In this document: piece by piece, positions 42,201 through 53,800 of the stretch
Layout: every line of letters begins with the position of its first letter
Numbering within the stretch: the stretch's first letter is position 1
Source: Magallana gigas
Lineage: Eukaryota
Assembly: GCF_963853765.1 (NCBI RefSeq)
Contig: NC_088855.1
Coordinates: 29,078,001-29,142,000 of the forward strand
Direction of reading: 5' to 3'
DNA length: 64,000 nucleotides
Notes under the pieces: generated by a model
What the model was told of the DNA's origin: nothing
Seen by the model: the letters and a program-made list of their open reading frames with translations, nothing else
The model's database searches: none
Translations under genes and position numbers: made by a program

Positions 42201-43075
42201 TGAGGTTTGAGACAGGGGGAACAAGAGCAGGGAAAGAGAGTGGTGTTTGAGAGTGGAGAAAGCAAGTGGGATGTGAAAGTGGGGTACGAGAGTGGGATGC
42301 GAGTGTGGTGCAAGAGTGGGAGTGGGTTAAGAGAGTGCAGTGCGAAAATGAGATGAGAGTGGCTAATAGAAAGAGTGAGAAAGTAGGGTGAGAGAGTAAG
42401 ATGAGTGAGTTGGCTGAGATAGTGGTGTGCAAGAGTGGAAAGAGGGAGTGAGGTGTGAGAGTGGGGTGCAATAGTAAGAGAGAGTGACACAAAAGAAAGG
42501 GGCACAAGAGTGGGGGTGAGAGAATTGGGTGTGAGAGTGGGATGCCTGAGTGAGGTAAGAGAGTAGGATGCAAGAGTTGGGTGGAGGAGTAGGGTTAGAG
42601 AGTGGGGTGAGGTAGATGAGTAAGCAGTGGGATGGAGGAGAGTGGGTAGTGAGAGAGAGGAGAGAGTGGGGTGGAAATGTGAGGTGAGAAAGTGAGGTGA
42701 AAGTGGGGTGAGAGATTTACATGTGAGAGGAGTGGGAAAGTGAGATTAGAGAGTGGGACCAGAGAGTGGGGTGCCAAAATGGGAAGAGGTAGTGGGTGCC
42801 AGACTGAGTGGAATGAGAGAGTGGGGTGAAAGGGTGCAGTGAGAGAGCGCGATGTGAGAATGAGGTAAGAGAGTGGGGTGAAAGAAGGTGTGAGAAAGTA
42901 GGGTAAGAGACTGAGGTAAAGGAGTGGGGTAGAAGAGTGAGGTGAGACAGTGGGGATGGGTAGGTGAGTACACAGTTGGGTTTGTACACAGTTGGGTTTA
43001 AGAGAGTGGGGTGAGAGAGTGGGGTGCGAAAGTGGGATGAGAGTGGGGAGAGAGAGTGGAGTGATAGAATGGGGA
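39281..43075. repeat. 3.8-kb strand-asymmetric GAGAGTGGGGT/GTGAGG low-complexity array
   Basis: The + strand is strongly G/A/T-rich and C-poor from about 39372 to 43075. A short opposite-polarity C/T tract lies at 39281-39370. There is an internal about 291-bp duplication (40270 vs 40561). Confidence 0.95.
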
Positions 43076-43124
43076 AACTGTCAATTTTTTTTATAAATGT
43101 ATAAAGTATTTATGGATTCAAATC

Positions 43125-43303
43125 AATGACGCTGGTTTCAAGCGTTATATACATCGATTTCTTGTCTTTACTCAAAAGCTACACAAATCTTGTTGATTTC
43201 AGAGAGCCATGGCTGAGCGGCCTACAATGAAATAGACAGGCCTACATCACACAGCTGTTTGACACAACTACCTAAAGTCCAAGTCCTTGTTAAAATGGTT
43301 CTA
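43125..43303 (-). repeat. Dispersed repeat of unknown family (copy B)
   Basis: Inverted homolog of about 11153-11335, e.g. shared 'caaatcttgttgatttca(g/a)agagccatgg' and 'aatgaaatagacaggcctac'. Confidence 0.75.
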
Positions 43304-44425
43304 CTATAAACAGGCAATGGTTGACCCATTATCCTGGAAAAAACCCCCTTTATTATTGATATCAATGTCTATCAGGTACTCAGGATTCTTGATCTTGCAC
43401 ATCTGCAAACATTTGATTTCTGATATTCATGTATCTCCTCTCATAATCAATTGTTATATCTTGGCAACCACACTATAATGCAACATGCTGCTTATGTAAA
43501 ATTAATTTATAGCTGTATTTCATTCTTAATGTAGTTCCTGTGAAGTTATGACTGTGCTGCAATCTTCAAATCTAAAATGCAGCCCTACCACCTCCTCTCT
43601 ATCTCTCTTATAATTAACAAAAAAATGTCACTGACACTAAATACTTCAGTATGTTTATCATTTATCAGTACATGTAGTTGGCCATAATACATGTATGATG
43701 CAATGATAAAAGAATTCAGATTTTTTACTGATCTTACTTAGAAATGCAAGAAAATTAAGTACCGGTATACAACATTGCTCTGATTATGGCAAATCTGAAT
43801 AAAAAAAAATATGGATAATTTTGTTTCAAATTTATACACAAATAGAAATATGTACAGGCAAAAACACAATTACTGGAAAATTTCAAAGATATCTAATAAA
43901 ATAAATAAAGATACCTGCAAGAAAATAAAGTGCTCTGTTATTGTTTAGAATTAATTTTTGTGATACCTGGACCCTAAACATTCTTTACTTACATAGTTAT
44001 TTAACTGGCTCTCTAACCATTCTCTTACTTAAGGAATTTTTTTAAACTTACGTATATAATGTTTGTTTACCTCTGAGAGTCTATTTTCATGGTAACACAT
44101 AGCAATGACTGTTAACTCTTGAAATTTAAAAGATACATTGTAATACATTTACGATTACAAAAATTTACTCAAAATCGGTTATTTAATTCAGAAATGATTC
44201 ATATTTGATGCATAACAAATAACAACATTATTACATGTATTATATATGACAGTAATGCTATACATTTCTTAGATAGACACATTCTCATTTTTATCATATT
44301 AAATGTATCAATATTTATCAATATCTGTACTATTTATCACATTAAAAATGGTTTGCTGTGATAACCACTGTCGTGTATCCGCGCCGGTAGTGACATGTTT
44401 GGATAACGTGAAAATGGCGTATCCA

Positions 44426-45603
44426 ATTCAATTCAATTTATTCTCTCAAACCATTATCATACAATGGTACATGAGGTACAATAACATATTTACATTAAAT
44501 TGTGATGTCAAGGGTCTAATAAATTATATATAAATTATAATACAACATAGTATTACATGTGTTAGTAAGCATAAGTAAGTAAGAGAAAAAAAAATAGTAA
44601 TAATACAAAAAGTGGTAGAAAAAAAAAAAAATAGATCATCATATAAAAATTTAATACAATGTTTCATTGGTGTTCAATACGCGGAGAGTAATAATAATAA
44701 TAAATGCTAATATAGTTTAGGCTGGACAGCAGAATTGCTCTTGGATATTCAATATAAAAGAGCTTAATTTTTTCAATGTTTTGATGTTCGTTGTCATCAG
44801 CAGTTCCCTAAATTTTAATGTACTTGGTTTTTGAAAATACTTGGTACATAGAAATTGCTTACGTAAAGTTAAAAAAAATTTACATTCAAGAATAAAATGG
44901 TATTCGTCCGCTAATTTACCACTATTACAGAGTGTGCAGCTTCTGTCATTTACAGGAATTCCATACCATCTACCGGTTTCAATCGGTAAACGGTGATTTG
45001 CTGTTCTGAATTTAATAAGTGGTTTCCAAAATTTTTTAGTAAGAATGCCTAAGTATTTTTCAAAACCAAACTTTTGTTTATAAATTTTATATATTTGACC
45101 TTTAGATGAATTATCTATATCTTTTGCCCATTTCTGAATGAACTGGTCCTGCAATCTTTGTTTGATGGCGGCAGAAATCCACTTATCATTAACTATTGCA
45201 GTACATTGTTCTGTCCAGATATTAGAGAACCCACATGAGTCTAAAATATGTCGTATAAAATCAGTCCATGGATTTACACAGTCATTATTATACATATATT
45301 GGTTTGCTAAATATTTGTAAACAGTAAACACAATCTTATTGTCTTGACCTTGGATCATTTTTGTCCAATAAGAAATCATTCGAGAATATACAGTTACGTA
45401 TAAAGGATAACGACCTGATTCACCGTAGACCATATACGATGGAGTACTACTTTTCATACATAGAATATATTTTAAAAATTGCAAATGGATTTTTTCAATA
45501 ATATCTATATTCTCGTAACCCCAGATTTCACAAGCATAGAGCAAAACCGGCACTACTACTTTATCAAACAAATCAAACTGTTGTTCCATGGGTAGATTAA
45601 AAA
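44426..45603 (-). mobile_element. 5'-truncated non-LTR retrotransposon (CR1/L2-like ORF2 C-terminus)
   Basis: ORF with 'LFDKVVVPVLLYACEIWG', 'RLPIETGRW' and the C-terminal zinc knuckle 'CTLC...HFILEC'. 3' end AATAAA plus (TTGAA)n. Flanked by a 7-bp TSD GTATCCA (44419-44425 and 45604-45610). Confidence 0.92.
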
Positions 45604-46837
45604 GTATCCAGTGCAAAAACAATGAGTGTTGTGTCCTTTTTTCTATCGACAACGGGGTAAATATTAATTAAAATATCGTAATAGTCATTCATATTTTTCT
45701 GAAGGTTTTGCAGTTGAAAAGAGTGTGCGTTATTTTCGTTCATCGTTTATAAAAACGACTTATTTGTAGAAAAATCAATCGTTAACGTGTCATTTTAACG
45801 CTAAAACCAAGAACTATTTCTAGATTACGTAGATATTATAACACATACTAAAAATCTGAAGCAGCCAAAATTAATTTAAAACATTACATTAACCAAATAA
45901 AATCAAACCGATGTCTTTTTAATACATTAATATGTATAAATATAGCAATAACTTCATGCACCTGCTAAAGAAGTAGTACGGTTTGGATAAATAAATTATT
46001 CCGGTTTGGATGCTAAAATATGAATTGTGCAAATGGTACGGTTTTAATAATTAAAAGTTATAGGATTTTTGATATTTTAGACATAATGAGAGCACTTTGC
46101 ATTTTATCGATGTGCAACCGAAGATACATCTTTTAAAAAAATAGTGGGTCATTCAAATTACACAGCATGCAAAAGATGTATTTTAAGTCAGGTGAAAAGA
46201 ACTTAATATATAGACGATGAATTTTTCTTTCCTGTCCGACATTTTTATAAACGTTATGAAACCAAAATACTTCCACATGTTCGATTGGAACTAAAACTGG
46301 ATGCCTAAGTTTATTTCTTTAGACAAGCACGTTTTTTCTCTGATAAAATGGTATATTTAGTGTATAATTGATCAGAAATTGATTATTTAACGAATAAGGA
46401 ATCATTCTTTGATCGAATATCATGAGTTGATTATTTTGGTCGGGGCGTGGTCAAACCCAATAAAGCTCGAAACGAAATTACACTTCACAATATCGAAAGA
46501 ATGATTCCTTATTACTTATATTAATTTAATTCACAGCAATTGTACTTTTAAATATTTTAATAAGCAAACGTCATTTGATTTTATTGGACTGAATATGAAC
46601 AAATTGATACTTAGTGTTGTTATACTTTCATGTTAAATACTGAAATCTGATTGGTTAAGACGCAGTTAATAATATTTTCTATTTCCATCAGCGTTAGCAA
46701 CGCACTTAGCAGCGGGTAACATTAAAAAATGTTACATGCGCAAAAAATATGCGCGTACGGTTCGATGTAGAATTCACGTTATTCCTATATAAAAGCAGTA
46801 AAATTTTCTTAAAAATAAAGACATTCAGTATAACAAA

Positions 46838-46980
46838 ATAAATAGCGCCTGTTTGGGAGGATAACAGTTGAAATTGACACCCCTCGAAAACCATTGTCAA
46901 CCTCCGCTTCGCGTCGGTTGACAATGGTTTTCTCGGGGTGTCAATTTCAACTGTTACCCTCCCAAACAGGCACTATTTAT
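46838..46980. repeat. Long near-perfect palindrome (65-bp arms, 13-nt loop), likely part of a non-autonomous palindromic element starting about 46620
   Basis: Arms 46838-46902 and 46916-46980; loop TCCGCTTCGCGTC. Confidence 0.9.
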
Positions 46981-48923
46981 ATATTATCAAATGAAAAAAC
47001 ATTGAAAAATGTAAATATAGTTATATCAAATCTTTTTTTTTACTATGATTTCAAAAGAATACTTTCTTTAATTTTAAATTATAACGAAAATATGAGTTGA
47101 AACATGGGGAACACAATCAAATGTAAAAAAAAAAAAAAGTTTTTCACCTTTAACGTTAACCTGAAAAGCAATATATCATATGAACACCTTAACAGACAAC
47201 TATCTACTACTTTTATGGCAAGCGACTATATGATGTGTTTTTTAGTTATTCTGATATGATATTTATAATCGTGAAGTAAGTTGAACGGAGAACGTGCTTG
47301 GTAATAATATTATGAAAGTGAGCCTCGTTTACATTCAATACCAAGCCTGTACATCGCTAGACAAAGAAAGTTCTACAATTATTTCACTCCCAGTGATTAT
47401 ACTGATATAATACAAAGTACCATAGATGTCTGCCAAGTCATATATTTACTCTGTTGTTAGAAATAGTTGGTCCAAAAAATTCAAGTGATGACGAGACCTA
47501 GGTAAACATCGCCATTTTATATGTACATTAAATTTTATTCAATCATAATTCTCACCTGAAAATCAAAACAATAAATATGTATCTATGTATATCAAGAGGT
47601 TTTGGTGACTCATGCGGGAAATGAAGGTGGCATTACTGCAGAAAAAGTACAAAACCCGCGTTAGTATTTAACATGAAAGTATAATGATTAAAATTTCATT
47701 GTTAAAAATTTGCCAAAGCGCAGTTGTTAGGCTGTTGCAAAACTAAAAAGTTGTTTGGGAACGTTTCAATTTTTAATTTAAAAAAATAGACAAGTATGGT
47801 GTTTGATAAGTTACTCTGTATAAAAGAGAATATTTTTTTTTCATTTTCATGAAACCCATATCAGGATACCAATAATTAAAAATATCCACGTTATCACGGT
47901 TTGTTCTGTGCAGTGTATCGATATATTATATCGTTTCAATTTTAAAAGAAAAAAAATATTTGTATCATTAGATGATTTTACAGACTTTAAGCTTTTTAAA
48001 GTTGGTATAATTCTGTATTTGACTGATCTCCTCTGATTTTTTGACGTTTTCACGTTTAAAGCCGATAACGATATAGAAGCATAACAATTGAAACTGTCGT
48101 AAACACATGTTTTTTGTGTCGGTAAAGATTTTGGTAAGGCTAAATCTTTCGAAATTAATATCGAGGGATTGATTATACAATATACTTAACATATCTGTAA
48201 AGCACCATGTATGCAATTTTTATAAGCCAATTGCAAGTTATTTGGAGCGTGTGTAAAATTGAAATTCAAATTACGGTATATTAAGTTTTGTTGGCTTAAA
48301 TGCACAAGTCTTTAACGTGTATGTTTATTTTTTTAAACAATGTGACTTCATATGTCTATCACATGACGATATCCATTATATTGAAAGCATGCTTTTCAGT
48401 GAGGGCATGTATTTCGCATAGTAGCGATGCTATATCCCCTTCGCGAGGGGATAATTAAAGGAGCTGTTTACACTCACAAATTAATTACATCCAAACTGTA
48501 TCAGATGCGTATCCAAACCGTTCCTATTTTGAAAAACAAGGTCATCCAAACCTGTTCCGTTGTTCACAATTAATCGACATGAACTGCTTATTTACATAAT
48601 TTTAACATAAACTTCGTAGAACTTTAAAGATTTTATGCACTTTTAAATAGATCTGACGATCTTTTTCATGTAAAAGTAGACAATGTAAGCCTTAAATAAC
48701 ACGAAAACTTATTAAGAAGCAAACGGAACCACCATTTTCACTTTATCCAAACACGTCACTACCGGCGCGGATACACGACAGTGATAACAACATTTTAAAA
48801 AATATAAGTAATTTAAACAAATCATACAAATGCAGTGTGAAAAAATTAACAGGAAAATCTGTAACACTTTCAGTTATCAAGTTTTCTCCATTGACATTCA
48901 ACAATACAATTACAGAATTAGGC

Positions 48924-50541
48924 TTAATCACTATTACTCAAAAGTTCACGGATCTCTAAGGGAGACTTATCCATTAGGTCAATCAAATCATTAGTCAGAT
49001 GAAGCTTTTCCCCCTTCCAGGTAAAGAGAGTGGGAGGGTTATCTTCACCATTTTCAAACTCGAAATATTTGCTAAGCTCTATGGCAAGACTTGATTTGAT
49101 TAGTCCAATGCCCCCGACTTTGGCTGGGGCAGGATGGTAAACTCTTCCAGTGTTTGGGAGCATGCATATCCTCGAGGGTAGAAATTCTGTGGTCATTGCA
49201 TTGCCAGCACCCCCAAAGGATAAGAGAGTTTCTCCAGAATCACTTTCGATCAGGTGTGTATACACTATAGGTTTATCATCACATCTTATAAAGTTCCTTT
49301 CTCTACCACATGGTGAAAGATAGGGAAATTCATCTGCGTATCTGTCACTTTCATTCAGTCTCAGTCGTTTAAAAAAGAAAACCAAAAAGTCCTTTTCTGA
49401 AATAAAGCAAAACTCTGATCACAAAAGCTCATACTGTAAACAAAATTTTATTCACTTTGACTTATTTCATGATTTTCTAGTGGTAATCTGGTTTGTGTGC
49501 ACATTTGGAATTTTTTCTGATCAATCTTCGTAAATCAAATTAAATGTATAACATCAAATGAATTCCATTACCAGAAACTTCTACAATATTTCTTTTTGAT
49601 GACACTGTTAAGTATATGAAACAGTGACACATGGTAAAGCCCAAAAGCACCTATTAAAGTTCAAAAGATGTAAAATTAAAATGATGTGTAGCTCTTTGGG
49701 GCTCTATGTCACAGAATTTTCAGAAAAATAAAGCATGAAGTGGTTTTAAAAAGCTCAAAGTCTGCAGTACATGTACACCAACAAACAACATCTCATTAAA
49801 AGTAATTTTTTTTTAACTTTGAATGTACCACAGGGGTTAAATTTTATAGACAATAATATACTAGTATGCTGTTATTCCAACACACTAAAGGTTTACTCAT
49901 GTAATACATGTATATATTGGTCTATTGGATTATTCAGAATGCTTTAGATTAACAGATTAATGGCAAGATACTATTGTACTGGTGAGAGGGATTATATGAG
50001 GATGTCAATCCAGGGTATCCAAATATTGAGTCTGACTATGCCTAATCTCCATCTTGATGTCCCATTATATTGTATGAAAAAATTCCTGAAATCTCTTGTT
50101 GTGGATCATTCAAATACCATATAATCTAACTTTGTCGAATGTTTATAATGACAGTCAAAAGTTGAAGATATATCAGTGTATGGGCATTAAAGTATAGTTG
50201 TTTTTTTTTTAATAATTGCTCACCTTTGAAACAAGATGTGAAATTTTTTATCCTTGCATCGTCAAGAAACAACTAAAATGTAAAAGATATGTGATCTGAA
50301 TTCATGTAACAGCAAAATGAAGTAACGTTACACCGATAGCAAACCGTATGGTCTACATGAAGAGAAAATTCTAGCTGGGAATATTTCTTACTTGGCCTTG
50401 GTGATCAATGAAATAAAAGTATTCCCGTATTTTTGGCTCTGGTTCCTGACCTTGTACGTAGTGAAGGTATCGGAATGAATAATGTTTTGACCTGACAACG
50501 GCACGTCTTCCTAAAAACAGGGTAGAAACTTTCAGAAACAT
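48924..50541 (-). CDS. C8orf82: UPF0598 protein C8orf82 homolog, 223 aa, with a possible mitochondrial-type presequence
   Basis: Exons 50541-50392, 50272-50224 and 49396-48924 (672 nt). Motifs 'REYFYFIDHQGQLFLDD', 'KNFTSCFK' and 'FPYLSPCGRERNFIRCDDKPIVYTHL'. The N-terminus is basic and lacks acidic residues. Confidence 0.9.
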
Positions 50542-50850
50542 GCTCGTTTTGTAAGATTGTTTACATCGGAAGACATTACGTTGTCAAGCATGCGCAAAAA
50601 CATCATGAAATGAATGTTACGTTGAATATTATTGGGTCTATTGGCACTACCGGTTATTCATACAGCGAATCAGAAAGCGTGTTAGGAAAACCCACACTGC
50701 TCAGCCATTTTTCATTGCAAAGTTTGGATGGTCGTGAAAATGAAAAAAGTTACTGAGAATTGAACTGATGCCGAATACATTATGAAGTTGGATATGCTAA
50801 ATTCAGAGATTTGATATTGAATTTCAACTTTTTTATTTAGATTAACGAAA
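50542..50850. promoter_or_regulatory. Bidirectional promoter/5'UTR interval between the C8orf82 homolog and KATNB1
   Basis: 309 bp between divergent ATGs. A splice acceptor (ttttatttag, ending at 50840) just before the KATNB1 ATG implies an upstream noncoding exon. Confidence 0.6.
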
Positions 50851-53800
50851 ATGAGTCAAACTAAACGAGCATGGAAACTTCGTACGTAATAATTCTTTCT
50901 TGTACTTACTCTGTATTATATTCATTCATGTTTCATCACAAGTTTTTTTTAACTTTCATCCTTAAATATGCAGTAGGTTCTTTTCATTTGATTAATCACT
51001 GATATTTTCTAAAGGAAATTCTGAATGTGTTGTTTGTAGTTTATGATAGTTCTGTGAAATTGGGCCCTCTGAAAGTTCTTGTCAAATTATTCACTGGCAG
51101 AAAAAAGCACAAATTTAAATTACACAAGAAGTCATATGTCCTTTGACCATGTTGACTCAAAGATTGACAGATAAAAACAGAGTTTATCACCGTGTGCATA
51201 ATAATGCAATTTGTTGTGTCTTGTGTTTTATGACCTATGCTATAATATGTTTTGTATTGTGATGAATATATTTTAAGGGCTAAAGTTAATTTTGAATGCA
51301 TTTAAGGGGTTGAATTGCAATTTTTATCTAAAATCAGATCACTGTTGTAAGTGTTGTCAAAGATTCAGTCCTTGAGAAACAGAGAATGGGCAAAATTAGA
51401 GATGTTGAAGTATGTTGCAAAAAATCTTCATACATACACATTGTACAATTGCAGTGACCAGAGTAGAATGTTTAAATCATAACTAGCAAACAACCAATTC
51501 TCACCAAGGACCTTTTCTTGCCAGTGCATTGTTACGTCATTTTATCAACACATAAAAGTACAGTGTATATACAAATCAAAGTACTGAAGAACTTACGGGA
51601 GTTGATTTTGTCGATGTTTTCAATGATATGTTATTTTGCATGACAAGTACATGTATACGTAGTTTCTAATTTGAATAACGCATATTTTTATAAAATGAAT
51701 TTTTGAACTTTTTCGACTAGAATGTCGAGAAACCTCCATATGAATCAGGTTAAATAATATTTAAAGATAAAATTAATTCAATCAAACTATGTATCAGTGG
51801 TAGAAATATTTTTCGAAAATTGTATGGATCCAAGCAATATTGAACTCTAGTCTCGTTCAACAAAACGCTCAGCTGACACCGTAAATCTCCGACAAGGGTT
51901 TACGGAGACAGCCAAGCGTCGAGTTGAACGAGACTATATTGAACTCTGGCGTAGGAATACATACGACTACAAAAAATATTTAAATTGTTCGTACCATTTA
52001 AAATCTGACTATTTTTAAGGTATTTGTAAATAAGTTTCCTTGAAAAACAATGCTTTAGCATACATTACATCGAATTCATCAATTATTTTCAAGAACTAAG
52101 TCTTGTCAGGAGCAATGATTTGTGCTGAGGTCCAAACACTGTTTCACTTTCGGTTTGTCCGAGTGACTGCATAGGAGAGTTGATTAAAAATCAACTCCCA
52201 AAAAATTAGGTAACTGGCGTCACTGGCAAGAGATAATACTTGAAGAGAATTGGTAGCACACCTATATGGTTTATCAGATGAAAATGATTGGCTTGATTTA
52301 CTTATATTTGAAATTGACTTAGACTAAAGGTTTCTGTATCCACATTTTTCCTTTTTTTGTAGAGGAGTTTGTTGCACATGGCAGCACAGTGAACTGTGTT
52401 GCTTTGAGCAAGAAATCTGGGCGAGTCATAGTAACAGGGGGAGAAGACAGAAAGGTCAACTTGTGGATAGTTGGCAAGCCAAACTGCTTAATGGTAAGAA
52501 AATAAAGAAAAACATGATGGAAAACTTTAGAATTTTCAAAGATAAAAATTGCTTTATTGAATTCTCTTTAATGTAATATTTAATTACTCAAAGGGAGAGA
52601 AATTGGCAGTTTAGAAATGGTTGCAATAAAAGAATAAGGAATTTTTGGTGTTGGGATTAAAGTCTGTCCGATATTACTTTATTTAGAGTCTTTGTGGACA
52701 CACAACTCCAGTGGAATCGGTTCGATTTGGACATGAAGAGGAGATGGTGGTAGCTGGTTCCATGTCCGGAGCCTTGAAGGTGTGGGATCTGGAACAAGCC
52801 AAAAGTAAGAACTGAGTACAAATATTCTGTACTGAAAGGGGGAGTGATGTTATTGAAATACTTTATGAGATCACAAATGACAGTTCTGAGTTACTCCAGT
52901 CATTCAACCTAACATTCCTCTTCATTTTGTTTAAACCCAGATTATTATGATGTTATGATATAAACCCATTGACATTTGTTCAGTGTCTGCATTTCATTTG
53001 TGTTGTAGTTATGAGGACGTTAACAGGGCATACCTCAAGCATTAAGAGTCTGGACTTCCATCCTTATGGAGATTACTGCACCTCTGGCTCTCTAGACTGC
53101 AATGTTAAGGTAAGGATTCAGATCACTTTATTAGGATATTTAAGTAGCTGTATATTTCATTTGCATGACTAGCTTCAAATTCTTTTTGAATTTCAAAAGT
53201 AATGTTTGTGCATCTTGACTTTCACTTTTACAGTTGTGGGACATTAGGAAAAAAGGTTGCATTTACACATACAGGGTAAGTATGAACTTTTGTTTCACAA
53301 CATGATATTTGTGATACATGGTATGTGTATTACACGTAAGTTGGTGTCTTAGACTTGAATCCAGATTTACTCTTCATCCACAGGGCCATAAGAATGGAGT
53401 CAATTGTGTCAGGTTTAGCCCTGATGGAAAATGGATTGCATCAGCTGGAGAAGATGGCCTTGTCAAGGTTTGATTTCATTGTAAACAGTTTTGTGTACAA
53501 TTAGATAATCTAGTACTATTGATGCATGTTTTGTAGTCTAAGTACATGTATAATGGAAATTCAATATACATGCATATTCTGTTGAAATAGATCTGGGATA
53601 TCACAGCTGGTAAAATCCTGACAGATTTAACATATCACAATGGACCAGTCAACATAGTGGAATATCATCCAAATGAACTTTTATTGGCATCTGGCAGCTC
53701 AGATAGGTAGGTAGTGCCGAAACATTTACATATTAAACATGTAGTTAAGAGGTAAAAATATTGAAGATTTACCTTATTTGACATTTTTCACATTCAGATA

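Larger units (their letters stand above)
44366..48783. mobile_element. Non-autonomous TIR DNA transposon with CAC...GTG termini and a 5-bp TSD (Transib/RAG-like signature)
   Basis: 52-bp TIRs with 2 mismatches, starting CACTGTCGTGTATCCGCGCCGGTAGTGAC (44366-44417 and 48732-48783). ATAAC is duplicated at 44361-44365 and 48784-48788. No transposase ORF seen. Confidence 0.8.

Noticed and set aside
39306-42989. Many long minus-strand ORFs rich in His/Leu/Thr/Ser/Pro (up to 404 aa)
   Set aside because: They are open in several frames at once because the C/T/A-rich repeat strand rarely forms stop codons; artefacts of the low-complexity array.
44366-45620. RSS-like heptamer/nonamer (CACTGTC ... GCAAAAACA)
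   Set aside because: The nonamer-like word lies about 50 bp from the heptamer after removing the LINE, not 12 or 23, and has no counterpart at the other end.
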